Assembly (NCBI GenBank): GCA_963663965.2 | Contig: CAXXFK010000023.1 | Location: 1 to 64,000, forward strand | DNA length: 64,000 bases | Direction of reading: 5' to 3' | Origin: Sedimentisphaerales bacterium | GTDB lineage: Bacteria > Planctomycetota > Phycisphaerae > Sedimentisphaerales > SM23-30 | Shown: in pieces, positions 20,368-31,085 of the stretch | Position numbering within the stretch: the stretch's first letter is position 1 | Layout: every line of letters begins with the position of its first letter | Program-made: the position numbers and the translations under genes | The notes under the pieces: model-generated | What the model was told of the DNA's origin: nothing | The model's input: the letters and a program-made list of their open reading frames with translations, nothing else | Databases searched by the model: none

Positions 20368-20826
20368 TCAAAAATCCTTCATCCATTCATAGGTGGCGTA
20401 ATGGTCGCCATTCATCCCAAGTTTTTCATAGGTACGCCAGGCCGCCTCATTTTGCTTGTCGACATAAAGCCGTAATCCGGCATAGCGGGTATCCGCCTCC
20501 ACCATCTCCTTTAAATAAGCATACATCCTGCTGAATACACCTGAGCGGCGCTCCTCCGGAAGAATATACACCGAATGAATCCACAAAACCGAACGATTGC
20601 GCCAGTCACTCCATTCTTCCTGCACCAGTAAACAGCCGATCACCCGGTCACCCCGGCATGCCAGGTAATACCGCCCCCGCCGTTCATCGGCAAATATGGC
20701 GTCTGCACCCTGACGCACCGTATTCATGTCCAGCTTCAAGCCTTCGGTTTCATCTGCCATACAACACTGATAATGGGCAATAATATCTCTGTCGTCCGGT
20801 TGCCCTGCTCGAATTGTAATTGCCAT
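20368..20826 (-). CDS. GNAT-family N-acetyltransferase
   Basis: SVYILPEERRSGVF acetyl-CoA motif; N..A..TYEKLGM. Confidence 0.9.
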   Translation of the reverse strand: MAITIRAGQPDDRDIIAHYQCCMADETEGLKLDMNTVRQGADAIFADERRGRYYLACRGDRVIGCLLVQEEWSDWRNRSVLWIHSVYILPEERRSGVFSRMYAYLKEMVEADTRYAGLRLYVDKQNEAAWRTYEKLGMNGDHYATYEWMKDF

Positions 20827-20954
20827 TTACAGTCTCTCGATAGTTATATTTTTAATAATAGGAGTATAGTCATACTGATAGCTGATTCAGCTGATATACT
20901 AAACACCCGATCACACAAAATCAAAATTTTTCCGTTCGATTCCACCGGACCCGA

Positions 20955-22142
20955 TTAATGACAACAACTGTCCGTGTCTCCCCGTTTCGCCAGGAAAGCT
21001 TTGATATCCCAGGCGACATACCCCGCCAGAATGACCGATAAGACGACCGCGCAAATCCACTGAATGGGATTCTGATCGTGACAATGCATCAGTTCTTGCG
21101 GCTGAACCTTGATAATCCGGTCAAAAACCAGCCCCAATCCAATACTCATAACCGCCACCGTCAATAAATAAATCGTTAGCATCTGCCGTCCGAACGCCCG
21201 GTAAATCGCTCCCATGGTCGCCGCATTGGTGGTGGGACCGGCCATCAGCAGCACCAGCGCCGAACCGGGCGACATCCCCGCCAAAACCAGCGACGCGGCC
21301 AGCGGGACAGAGGCCGTCGCGCAAATATACATCGGCAGCGAAATCATCAGCATTGCCAGCATCCCACCCAAGCCCTGGGTCCAGGTCATCTCCGCCAGTC
21401 TGCCCTCTGGGACCAGGGTACTGATCAACGCCGCCACAATGATACCCACAATCAACCAGCGGTAAATATCCTTCAATAACACTACAAAGGCAAAATGAAA
21501 CGCCTCATAAAACTGCCCGGCAATGGTCTGGGACGGTTTTGATTTCACTTTAGAAGAACAACAAGCGGCCTCCGCTTGGCTGGCCCTTGTTTCGTCCCCG
21601 CCGCAACAAGAATTTTTTTCTACGGCAGCTTTTTCTGAACAACACCCACCAGGCGTTTCATTTCCCTTCGATTCTTCACTCGCCTGACAACAACATGATT
21701 TCTTGCCGGAATGAATTGGGTTAGCCGATTCGGTTTTCAATCCTTTATCGAATAAATTGACCAGAACTCCTCCAATCAACCCACTGACCAAAGCACTGAA
21801 TACCTTGAATATCGCAAATGGCCAGCCCAGAAACGATGCGCTCACCAAGATCGAATCTATCCCCGTTTGCGGCGTGCTGATCAAAAATCCCGCCGCGGCG
21901 CCATTCGAAGCGCCATCCTTTTTCAATCCGATCGCCGCTGGAATCACGCCACACGAACATAACGGCATCGGCACCCCGATCGCCACTGCCTTCAAAACGC
22001 CACTCAAGCCATTGCCGCCCAAGTGTTTACGAATAAACCCCTCAGGCAAAAACACATGCAGGCCACCCGCAATTGCCATGCCTAGTAACAGCCAGGGGGC
22101 CAGCAACAGCATCAATTCCCAGATATTTTTTAGTAATTCCAT
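20955..22142 (-). CDS. DUF318/SO_0444-type permease (putative heavy-metal efflux) with Cys-rich loop
   Basis: PLCSCGVIP, STPQTGIDS, YICATASVP and AGPTTN motifs; CCC/CC clusters in the central loop and C-terminal SCCH. Confidence 0.85.
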   Translation of the reverse strand: MELLKNIWELMLLLAPWLLLGMAIAGGLHVFLPEGFIRKHLGGNGLSGVLKAVAIGVPMPLCSCGVIPAAIGLKKDGASNGAAAGFLISTPQTGIDSILVSASFLGWPFAIFKVFSALVSGLIGGVLVNLFDKGLKTESANPIHSGKKSCCCQASEESKGNETPGGCCSEKAAVEKNSCCGGDETRASQAEAACCSSKVKSKPSQTIAGQFYEAFHFAFVVLLKDIYRWLIVGIIVAALISTLVPEGRLAEMTWTQGLGGMLAMLMISLPMYICATASVPLAASLVLAGMSPGSALVLLMAGPTTNAATMGAIYRAFGRQMLTIYLLTVAVMSIGLGLVFDRIIKVQPQELMHCHDQNPIQWICAVVLSVILAGYVAWDIKAFLAKRGDTDSCCH

Positions 22143-22431
22143 GCTTTAGTCTCTTTCTTATAAAAGTATAGCAAGCCTGTAAACGCATTCCAATCCAATT
22201 GCAGATTCAAAGGGAAACTTAAATTCAAACTAAAAATCACTTGGCTTCAGGATAACTATACGCCACAATTGCCATAACCCATTATTTACAAATAAAATAC
22301 AGTCCATTTTAGAGACAACTTAAAAATGTCAACAATAACTCCCCCGTGAATCAGTTTATAAATACAAACAGCTTCGTCGTGAAATAAGTTTTCATCAGTA
22401 TTTATATCTACCAGTATCAGGCCATCGTTCT

Positions 22432-24348
22432 ATGACAAATACAAAATTAGCAAACACCAAATTATACTTGTTAACGGTTTTATGGTCGGCCCTCCTCTCC
22501 TCCTCGATCATCGCCAACGAGTCACCCTACGGCATCTGCACCCACGTCTCCAGAAGAGGTGAACATGATTACGCCCGGCAGAACTTTAAATTAATGCGGC
22601 AAGCCGGGATGACCTGGGCCAGAACCGATTTCGACTGGACCTCAGTACAGTCAGGCAAGTCAGGCCCGTGGCATTTTGATTTATTCGATGAAACCGTCGA
22701 CTGGGCCGAATCCGCCGGGATTACCATTCTGCCGATTCTTGATTATGATGTCTCCTGGGCCTCGCCGGCTTATAAACATCTGGATCTCTGGCTGGAATAT
22801 GTTCATCAGACCGTATCCAGATACAAAGACCGCCTGAAATACTGGGAAGTCTGGAACGAACAGAACCTCGAAGGCTTTTGGAAAGAAAAGCCTGATCCGG
22901 CCAACTATGCCATTCTCCTCAAGGCGACCTATCAGGAAATCAAAAAAATCGATCCGCAATTAACCGTCATTCTCGGCGGGGTGGCAGGCATGCCTTGGGA
23001 GTACCTCGAAGGAATTTATCAGGCCGGCGGCAAAGAGTATTTCGATGCCATGGCCGTTCATCCCTATCGCTATCCAACCTCCCCGGAATCAGGCGATCTG
23101 GAACCAGATCTGATCAAACTGAAAAACCTGATGGCTCGCTATCACGACCAGAACAAACCCGTCTGGGTGACTGAAATCGGCTGGCCCACCCACGCTACCC
23201 GCGGCCTCACTCAGGAATGCCTGATTAAAACCGGTCTGGAACAGGTCGCTCCCAACCACCAGAAGTGGCGGGTCGCGATTTTTGATGACCCATCCTATCC
23301 GGCCCGGTTTAGCTTCTCAGACGGCCAGCTTGCCAAACTCCTGCCCCAAGATGCCATCATTTCCAGACTCAATATGAACCAGCTCCGGAACCTGTCCTGG
23401 CCCCAATTCGATATTCTGTTCTGGCCTTCTCACGAAGGAATCGCGGTCGATGCGTTCAATACCATCGAAAAATTTGTTAAAGATGGCGGTACACTGGTGC
23501 TCTCCCATGGTGTTCCTCTATACTATCTCTTCAAACAAACCGAATCGGGAACCTGGCAAAAGTCTGGAGCCGGAGAAGAATACCGGCAAAGGCTCCATAT
23601 TGGCTGGGAAGCCTGGTGGACGAAAAAAGGCGTTGCCAAAGAAGTCAATCGCCTGGCCGTTCCTGAACCGTTCAAGGACAAAATCCAGCTCGAAAAAGAA
23701 ACCCCTATGTCAACCCGGTTTCTTACCGCTGGCAAACTCAAAGAAGGGGACCGCTTCATTCCCTTACTGACTGCTGCCAACGACTCATACGAAGCGCCGG
23801 TTGCCGCGGTATTTGACTTAAACAGTGATATGAAAGGCGCCGTCATCGTCTCAACCTTATTTATCGATCACCGGGGCGTCTCCGAACAGGAGCAGGCCGT
23901 CCTGATGCCCAGGGCTTACTTGATCGCCCTGCATTGCGGGGTTGAAAAAATGTTCTGGTACAATTTGCGTGCCCGTGAAAATGATCCCTATTATAATGAA
24001 GACCACTTTGGCATCATTCATCATGACCTCTCTCCCAAACCTGCCTGCCTGGCCATGCAGGCCCTCACCCAGGCCAGGCCGGCCGGGTCAACGCCAACCA
24101 CAACCCCATGGCATAACAACGAGCGCTATTATCCCTCCTGGAAACGCCCCGACGGCCAAATCGCCTGGGCCCTCTGGAACTATCGTTCCACAGAGAAAAC
24201 AACGCTTACCATCAAAGGAAAAATTGATCGGGCCTTCAATCATCTTGGCCAGAATTTAACCGTTGAACCCATCAATAAAAAAATAACGATAACCCTCTCA
24301 CCCAACCCCATTTATATCATTGGCCCGGAAACAATAGAAATAAAATAA
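22432..24348 (+). CDS. Secreted clan GH-A glycoside hydrolase (GH39/GH5-like) with inserted domain
   Basis: Signal peptide; acid/base WEVWNEQN, AVHPY, nucleophile WVTEIGW, FWYN...HFGII. Confidence 0.75.
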   Translation: MTNTKLANTKLYLLTVLWSALLSSSIIANESPYGICTHVSRRGEHDYARQNFKLMRQAGMTWARTDFDWTSVQSGKSGPWHFDLFDETVDWAESAGITILPILDYDVSWASPAYKHLDLWLEYVHQTVSRYKDRLKYWEVWNEQNLEGFWKEKPDPANYAILLKATYQEIKKIDPQLTVILGGVAGMPWEYLEGIYQAGGKEYFDAMAVHPYRYPTSPESGDLEPDLIKLKNLMARYHDQNKPVWVTEIGWPTHATRGLTQECLIKTGLEQVAPNHQKWRVAIFDDPSYPARFSFSDGQLAKLLPQDAIISRLNMNQLRNLSWPQFDILFWPSHEGIAVDAFNTIEKFVKDGGTLVLSHGVPLYYLFKQTESGTWQKSGAGEEYRQRLHIGWEAWWTKKGVAKEVNRLAVPEPFKDKIQLEKETPMSTRFLTAGKLKEGDRFIPLLTAANDSYEAPVAAVFDLNSDMKGAVIVSTLFIDHRGVSEQEQAVLMPRAYLIALHCGVEKMFWYNLRARENDPYYNEDHFGIIHHDLSPKPACLAMQALTQARPAGSTPTTTPWHNNERYYPSWKRPDGQIAWALWNYRSTEKTTLTIKGKIDRAFNHLGQNLTVEPINKKITITLSPNPIYIIGPETIEIK

Positions 24349-24375
24349 CCAACAGCAAGACAACAAAGATTTACC

Positions 24376-24404
24376 TGCAAGCGAAATAATGAATTTCGTT
24401 TGCA
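24376..24404 (+). terminator. Inverted repeat after the GH gene (possible terminator)
   Basis: TGCAAGCGAAAT-N5-ATTTCGTTTGCA; no strong U tail. Confidence 0.4.
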
Positions 24405-24493
24405 ATCGCGCAAAACTCCAATCATGATAATGGTACCTCAGATACCGCTTTGGGGGCGCTATGTTGATACTGGAACAGAAGAAAGGCAAAAAA

Positions 24494-27400
24494 ATGGATA
24501 ACACGCGGACTTTACGGATACTGTTTTGGGGCTTCGTCTCAGTTTTCAGTTGTTTCATCCAGATTGGTTATGGCCAGCCATCTCCCTTTGCGAGCAAACC
24601 TCAACCCGCCAACGAGGCCAGGGGTATCAGCCTGGCGCCATCTTTATGCTGGTCACCCGGCGATCAGGTCCAGTCCAACGACGGCCACATGGTTTTTCTT
24701 GGGACCGATCCCGACCAGGTGGCGGCCGCGTTCTATCGCAACCACCCCAACGTCCAGGTCTTCATCGTCAGTGCGCCGCAGTTAAACCTCACGGATTTAA
24801 AACCCGAAACCACCTATTACTGGCGCGTTGATCAAATGAACGATGCCATTTCTCCCGACGGCTGGAAGGGACCCATCTGGCAATTCACCACCGGAACAGG
24901 CAACATAACCAACCGCTTTTCCGATTCATTCGACACGGATCACGACTACCTGGTTGACAATGTTGACCAGACTGGCTGGGACGGCTTCCTGGGCAAAGGT
25001 CCGCGCCAGACCGCCGACCGGATCGCCGCCGAAAACCAGCAGTTGATTCTTGTCTCCACCGACGGCCGCTATCAGGAACCCTGGAATCCGCTCGGCCCTC
25101 TGCTTTATAAAATCGTCAATGGCGATTTTAAAGCGACCGTCCGCATCGTCGATTATCAGAATACCAGCTATAACAACGGCGGCATCATGGCGCGCGCCGC
25201 CAATCTAGACGACGCCGGGCCCGGCGAAGACTGGATCAGCGTTGACTATTTCCCTATATACGGCGGTATCTATGGCCGCATGGCTGATGATAACGGCCGT
25301 CAGGAATTTTCGAATAACGGTCAGGGCCGCAATGCCGACAAATATCTCCAACTGGAACTGATCGGCAATATGTTCTTTCTACGCCACAGCCCCGACGGTA
25401 TTACGTGGACGGAACTGCCATCCTCGCCCATGACCCGGCCGGACCTGGTCAATATCCCCCTACAGGTCGGCCTCTTCCAGGCCACCTACAGCCGTAACCA
25501 GGGCCGCGTTGCTTTTGACGACTTCGCTTTGGAATATGGCGCCATGACTAGAAATGCCCGCGCCCATTTTCCGCAGGATGGGGCCACCAATATTCCATTG
25601 CAGGCCACCCTGGCATGGATACCTGGCGCGGGAGCCGCCAACCACGATGTTTATTTCGGCAGTTCCTACGACGCTGTTAAAGCAGCCCACGCCGATATGG
25701 CGCCCGGTACAACGGCCTATCTGGGCCGGCTGCCGGTAAATAAAATCGATTATACCGTATCCAACCTCAAAGACGGCCAGACGTACTATTGGCGCGTCGA
25801 TGAAATCAATGACAACCACATCGAACGCGGTACCATCTGGAGCTTTACTACTTACAATCGGGCGCTGGCCGATTTCGAACATTTTAAAACATCGGCCGCC
25901 CTCACCGAAGCCTGGCGTCCGACAGGGAATGTCGCTGCGGATCTGGCAACAGCCGCCCATTCAGGCAGCCAGGCGCTGCAACTCCGCTATGACACCTCCG
26001 CGTCATCTCCAACCGCCGCCGTGGAATACACCTTCGAGACCAATCAGGACTGGATGAGCTCTTTTTATTCCTTCAGATGGCTCTCGGTCTGGTTCAAAGG
26101 CAATCCGGATAATCAGCCCGCTCCTCTTGCCCTGGTCTTCGAAGATAATGACTGGATTCCCCAGCGCACCATAGTGCCTTATGATGGCGACCTGGATAAT
26201 TTATACAAAAACTCATGGACCCGCTGGGATATCGACCTGCAAACGCTGGTCGCCAATAATCCCGCCTTCCGCCTCCACAGCGTAAAAAAGATCGCCATCC
26301 AAATCGGCGCTCCTCAAATTCCCGCCGGCAAAGGTTCCCTCTGTTTCGATGATCTCTTGATACATATCAAACGCTACGATCAAAACCCCATCGCCGAAGA
26401 AGGCCCTCGCTACCTGAATCCCGGCCAGTTTGTCTCGGCGGTCCCTTTCCAACAGGTCAGCGTCACCGGCGGACTCTGGCGCGAACGCATGGAAATCAAC
26501 CGCACGGTCAACATCCCGCATATCTGGGAAAAAACCGAATATTTTAAAAGCAGCAACGGACAGGAATCGCTCAGAATCGACAACTTCCTGAAAGCCGCCG
26601 GCCAGAAACCCGGCCGCCACACCGGCCTGAGCTTCAACGATTCCGATGTCTATAAGATTATCGAAGCCAGCGCCTGGTCCCTGCAAAATCATCCCGATCC
26701 CGAACTTGAAACATATATTGACAACGTCATTAACGCCATTGCCGCGGCCCAGTGGGAAGATGGCTATCTGTTTACCCACCTGTCCATACCGCGCCGGCCC
26801 GAAGCACGCTGGACCAATATCGGCTCCTTGCACGAATTATACTGCGCCGGACACCTGATCGAAAGCGCCGTGGCCTATTATAAAGTGACCGGCAAGCGCA
26901 AACTGCTCGACGTCGCGATTAAATTCGCCGATCTGATCTGTGACACCTTCCGACCGGGCAAAAAACTGGACCCGCCCGGCCATCAGGAAATCGAACTGGC
27001 CCTGATGAAACTCTACCAACTGACCAACCAACAGAAATACCTGGACACGGCAAAATTTTTCATCGACCAGCGCGGCAACGCGCAAGGCCACCGCCTATAC
27101 GGCGCCTACAGCCAGGACCACATCCCCTTCATCCAACAGGAAGAAGGCGTCGGCCATTCAGTTCGGGCCGGCTATATGTTCTGCGGCGCCAGCGATATCA
27201 TCATGGTCAACCATGATGAAACCTACGCCAACGCCCTCTGGCGGCTCTGGGATGACATTGCCAACACCAAAACCTACCTGACCGGTGGTATCGGCCAGCC
27301 GGGCGGACCCGAAGGATTCGCCGGAGCCTACGAGCTGGGCAACAACTGCTACTGCGAAACCTGTTCCGGGATCGCTTTTGCCCTGTGGAATCACCGGTTG

Positions 27401-28255
27401 CACCTGATGACCGGCGAGACAAAATACATCGATTTCATGGAACGCACCCTGCTCAATAATGTGCTCAGTTCCCTGTCGCAGGATGGCAAAAAACACTATT
27501 ACACCAACCCGCTCGCCGGCAATGGCCATCAACGATGGGAATGGCCCGATCACGATTGCGCCTGCTGCCCGTCCAATCTGGCCCGGCTCATCGCCACCAT
27601 CGGCGGCTACGCCTATACCCATCATGATAATACTGTCAATGTGAATCTCTATCTCGAAAGTCAAGCCAATATCCCGTTAACCGACAACACCGTCACCCTG
27701 ACCCAGGCCACCAACTATCCCTGGGATGGTAAAATCAAAATTCACGTTCGCCCCCAGAAAACCGGCGCCTTCACCATGAAGTTACGGATCCCGGGCTGGT
27801 CCCAAAACCGCCCCATGCCCGGCAACCTTTACCATTATCTGAATGATAACCAGGAACCGGTTACCCTGACCGTGAATCAATCTACCGTCCCGGCGATGAT
27901 TGATCATGGTTACATCACCATTAAACGCACCTGGCATTCTGACGACCTCATCCACCTCAACCTGCCCATGCCCATCCGGCGCGTCATAGCCCATCCCAAA
28001 GTCACCGCCGATACCGGCCTGGTTGCCATCGAACGCGGCCCGATCGTCTATTGCGCCGAATACCCCGACAATAATTTCAATGCCAATCAATTAAAACTCC
28101 CCGACAACGCATCGCTGACTCCCGCCAATGAAAAAGACTTTTACAACGGCGCCGTTACAATTTCCGGCGAAACAGATCCCGAAATCAAACTGATCCCCTA
28201 TTACCTGCACTCCAATCGCGATGTCCGCTGGATGCGGGTCTGGATGCCCAGATGA
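24494..28255 (+). CDS. Multidomain GH127 beta-L-arabinofuranosidase-like protein
   Basis: C-terminal FNDSDVYK, HELYCAGH, GHSVRA, YCETC, CACCPSN, ERGPIVYC motifs; N-terminal fn3-like YYWRVD modules x2, a lectin/DUF1349-like region and a CBM-like region. Confidence 0.88.
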   Translation: MDNTRTLRILFWGFVSVFSCFIQIGYGQPSPFASKPQPANEARGISLAPSLCWSPGDQVQSNDGHMVFLGTDPDQVAAAFYRNHPNVQVFIVSAPQLNLTDLKPETTYYWRVDQMNDAISPDGWKGPIWQFTTGTGNITNRFSDSFDTDHDYLVDNVDQTGWDGFLGKGPRQTADRIAAENQQLILVSTDGRYQEPWNPLGPLLYKIVNGDFKATVRIVDYQNTSYNNGGIMARAANLDDAGPGEDWISVDYFPIYGGIYGRMADDNGRQEFSNNGQGRNADKYLQLELIGNMFFLRHSPDGITWTELPSSPMTRPDLVNIPLQVGLFQATYSRNQGRVAFDDFALEYGAMTRNARAHFPQDGATNIPLQATLAWIPGAGAANHDVYFGSSYDAVKAAHADMAPGTTAYLGRLPVNKIDYTVSNLKDGQTYYWRVDEINDNHIERGTIWSFTTYNRALADFEHFKTSAALTEAWRPTGNVAADLATAAHSGSQALQLRYDTSASSPTAAVEYTFETNQDWMSSFYSFRWLSVWFKGNPDNQPAPLALVFEDNDWIPQRTIVPYDGDLDNLYKNSWTRWDIDLQTLVANNPAFRLHSVKKIAIQIGAPQIPAGKGSLCFDDLLIHIKRYDQNPIAEEGPRYLNPGQFVSAVPFQQVSVTGGLWRERMEINRTVNIPHIWEKTEYFKSSNGQESLRIDNFLKAAGQKPGRHTGLSFNDSDVYKIIEASAWSLQNHPDPELETYIDNVINAIAAAQWEDGYLFTHLSIPRRPEARWTNIGSLHELYCAGHLIESAVAYYKVTGKRKLLDVAIKFADLICDTFRPGKKLDPPGHQEIELALMKLYQLTNQQKYLDTAKFFIDQRGNAQGHRLYGAYSQDHIPFIQQEEGVGHSVRAGYMFCGASDIIMVNHDETYANALWRLWDDIANTKTYLTGGIGQPGGPEGFAGAYELGNNCYCETCSGIAFALWNHRLHLMTGETKYIDFMERTLLNNVLSSLSQDGKKHYYTNPLAGNGHQRWEWPDHDCACCPSNLARLIATIGGYAYTHHDNTVNVNLYLESQANIPLTDNTVTLTQATNYPWDGKIKIHVRPQKTGAFTMKLRIPGWSQNRPMPGNLYHYLNDNQEPVTLTVNQSTVPAMIDHGYITIKRTWHSDDLIHLNLPMPIRRVIAHPKVTADTGLVAIERGPIVYCAEYPDNNFNANQLKLPDNASLTPANEKDFYNGAVTISGETDPEIKLIPYYLHSNRDVRWMRVWMPR

Positions 28256-28272
28256 TCGGCCCATAAAATATC

Positions 28273-28309
28273 AAGCCCCGACCCCACTCATCGAGCGCGG
28301 CCGGGGCTT
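28273..28309. terminator. Hairpin between convergent GH127 and GH51 genes
   Basis: AAGCCCCG...CGGGGCTT inverted repeat. Confidence 0.5.
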
Positions 28310-28508
28310 ATTGAATTTAAATTGGTTTAGGGGCTGTAAATCAATAAATGCTGCAATTTATCGCACAGCTTGTCGTCAGATTCAGTTGCGCCGATTGAGC
28401 AAAACCGCAGGCATAGCTGTTCTATGTCGAGGATTTTGCGATTGAGAAGCGGCTGAAGATGGCGGCAAGATGGGATGAGAAATGCAGTATTTATTTATTT
28501 GCGGTCCC

Positions 28509-30902
28509 TTACTTCGATGTAATGGTAATCACACCGGCGGAATATCCCGGCACACTCAAACGCAATTGCTGCCCGTTCAGACTCGCGGCTTTCGTCTGAA
28601 TTTGAATCGCCTCGCGATCTTCCAGTGTATTGCGTGCGTTCAGTCCGCCCGGCGCCACATACTTGAATTCCGCCGAGGCCGGCACAAACGGTTTTTCCAG
28701 CCCAAAACTCAATGCCCTTTCAGTATTGTCCGGATTGACAATATGCAGGTAAACCGTCTTGCCGTCCTGGCTACGGGTGGCCAACACATTCAAATTATCA
28801 TCCGGGCCCGTCAGTTCGATTCGTTCCGGCGCGTAATGATCCCACCATAACTTCATCACAATATAATTAGGGGCCGCAAACCAGCCGGTATGGTCGAAAT
28901 TGATAAACGCGTTATCCCAGGCGCGCGCCGAAACATGCCGCAAAAACAATGCCGGCCCGCCAATCTCAAACACATCGCCGCGTCGCGAAAAGCCATTAAG
29001 CAGCCCGCCCGCGTACAAACCCGTACGCCAGTCGGTACTTTGTGCGTTCCATTCCGACATATAAATCTTCATCTTCGGATTGGAAGACTGGCTGATATAG
29101 TTACCCAGTTCACCAATATAAGCCTCAAACCGACGTGGCCCTTCTTTAAATCGGTCCGGACTTTCATAATGATGAATACTGATATAATCAAACAGGTTGC
29201 CGCAAGCGTCAATTAGCTTCCGATTCCAGTTCATATCATAACTTCCACTGCCGCAGGCCAGCAGCTTGATGGATGGATCAGCCGCGCGCATCGCCGGCGC
29301 GAACTCCTTCACCTTGGCAATATACGCCTCAACCCCCGCGCCCCAGGTCTCGTTGTCGATCTCCCAGTACTTCACGCCATAAGGTTTCAAATGGCCGTTT
29401 TTCGCCCGCAACGCGCCCCACGCCGTATCGGTCGCGCCATTGCAGTATTCCATCCAGTCGAGCGCGTCCTGCAGATACTCACCCATGTCCGATGGATGCA
29501 CGATCGGTCCGGCGCCACAGGTTGAGTTCAACACCCCACAGTTGATCACAATCAACGGCTCCACTCCCTGCGCCTCACACATCCGCAAAAATTCATCGGT
29601 ACCATACGAATTGGTATCCTGATCATCCCATAAATTTAACGGATATTTCACCCGTTTATACTGCGGCCCGATACAGGTCTTCCAGCGATAGGCCGAGGCA
29701 TAACAGCCGCCCGGCCAGCGAATAATCGGCGCGCGCAGATCCGCCACCGCCTGATACAGATCCGGCCGGTAGCCCCCGATATCGATGGCATCCTGCCCCA
29801 TCAGACTCACCTGATCGATCCAGACCGTCCCGCCACCCCGAACGCCAACTTGCAAAGTAGCGTCTTTCGCACCCTGTTTCGGCTTCAAAACAAACTTAAA
29901 CTCACCCCAGGAAGCAGACACCTTACCCAGCCGCGCCTGGGCCAGCGTCCGCTCGCCATCCAAAAGCCGGACAATCAGCGACCCGCCCTGGCCGCGCGCC
30001 CACAGCGAACCCTGGTACGCCTGCGGAATAATATAAAACGGTGTCTGTTCAATACCTGCCTCAGCCGAACCGCTGCCGGCCACCTTCACGCAGTATTCAT
30101 CATTCAAAGCGTTGCCTGTCATCTCGAATGACCCTTCGCCATAACTGCTCCAGTCATCCGGCATGCTATCGCCAGACACCTGCGGCAGTTCCTGATACAA
30201 TACCTTGCCAGCCAGATCCGTCACCTTGATATGACGATAGCGCGCCTGAGTCGCCCAGGTTCCCAGCCCCACCTGACCTTTCAGGTGAGCCGATGAATCA
30301 TCATAACTCAGCCATTCTTCACCATCCACCGTGATCGTGAACTGCCCGCCCTTGCAGCGCAAAACAATCTTGTACCATTTGTCCCGCTCAATCCGCCCAT
30401 TCATCGACCGGCCCACCTGACCCCGGCCACGACCTTGCGTCCCTTTTTCCAGCGCGTGACGGGTATTCCCCCATCCGCCCAGATTGTACCAGTAGTAATT
30501 ATCGCCATCCGCCCGGAACAGAATCAAAAATCCCTCACCGCCGCCGGTTTTCATCGCCTCACAGCTGAACTCATAGTCGCCCCAGCTGGCATCGCCAAAC
30601 AGCAGCCGGATATCCGTACTCCGCGAACTTTGCACCAGTTCGTCACCTTCAACCGTCCACAAACCGCCGGTCCCCGCAATTTCCATGCTCCGATTCCAGA
30701 CCAGATCACCCCACAAGCCATTATTGGCGGAATGATAGATATGCTCCAGAAAATGCCCGTAGACCTTTTCATCGATACGATTCAAAACGCGACCTGGATT
30801 CACCTGGAAACTGAATTCTTCGCCATCGGCCGCCAGGCCGCAATTAGCCCACATTAAAATGACCAGACCAACCCATAATCCAACTGCTTTTACCGTTCTC
30901 AT
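28509..30902 (-). CDS. GH51 alpha-L-arabinofuranosidase with DUF1080-like and CBM-like inserts
   Basis: YGHFLEHI, IIRWPGGC, YGTDEF, YWEIDNETW and MSEWN motifs; signal peptide. Confidence 0.88.
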   Translation of the reverse strand: MRTVKAVGLWVGLVILMWANCGLAADGEEFSFQVNPGRVLNRIDEKVYGHFLEHIYHSANNGLWGDLVWNRSMEIAGTGGLWTVEGDELVQSSRSTDIRLLFGDASWGDYEFSCEAMKTGGGEGFLILFRADGDNYYWYNLGGWGNTRHALEKGTQGRGRGQVGRSMNGRIERDKWYKIVLRCKGGQFTITVDGEEWLSYDDSSAHLKGQVGLGTWATQARYRHIKVTDLAGKVLYQELPQVSGDSMPDDWSSYGEGSFEMTGNALNDEYCVKVAGSGSAEAGIEQTPFYIIPQAYQGSLWARGQGGSLIVRLLDGERTLAQARLGKVSASWGEFKFVLKPKQGAKDATLQVGVRGGGTVWIDQVSLMGQDAIDIGGYRPDLYQAVADLRAPIIRWPGGCYASAYRWKTCIGPQYKRVKYPLNLWDDQDTNSYGTDEFLRMCEAQGVEPLIVINCGVLNSTCGAGPIVHPSDMGEYLQDALDWMEYCNGATDTAWGALRAKNGHLKPYGVKYWEIDNETWGAGVEAYIAKVKEFAPAMRAADPSIKLLACGSGSYDMNWNRKLIDACGNLFDYISIHHYESPDRFKEGPRRFEAYIGELGNYISQSSNPKMKIYMSEWNAQSTDWRTGLYAGGLLNGFSRRGDVFEIGGPALFLRHVSARAWDNAFINFDHTGWFAAPNYIVMKLWWDHYAPERIELTGPDDNLNVLATRSQDGKTVYLHIVNPDNTERALSFGLEKPFVPASAEFKYVAPGGLNARNTLEDREAIQIQTKAASLNGQQLRLSVPGYSAGVITITSK

Positions 30903-31007
30903 AAGACTGCTTCCTTTCGTAAATAATGGATACTTTAATCTTCTGTTATTGATATTCTTGTATTTTTGTGTATTTTCTTTTCTTATTTTATTAGTCTCTA
31001 TTCGTGC

Positions 31008-31066
31008 CCATTCGTAGTTCGCCTGCTTGGCAGTTTCCTTCGTGGCTTCGCGCCTTCGTGTGAACT
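31008..31066. repeat. Short periodic TTCGTG-type repeat cluster
   Basis: ATTCGTG..ATTCGTAG..CTTCGTGGCTTCGCGCCTTCGTG; same class as the repeats at 69-120 and 4222-4300. Confidence 0.5.
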
Positions 31067-31085
31067 CTTTTTTCTTTGCTTCCCC

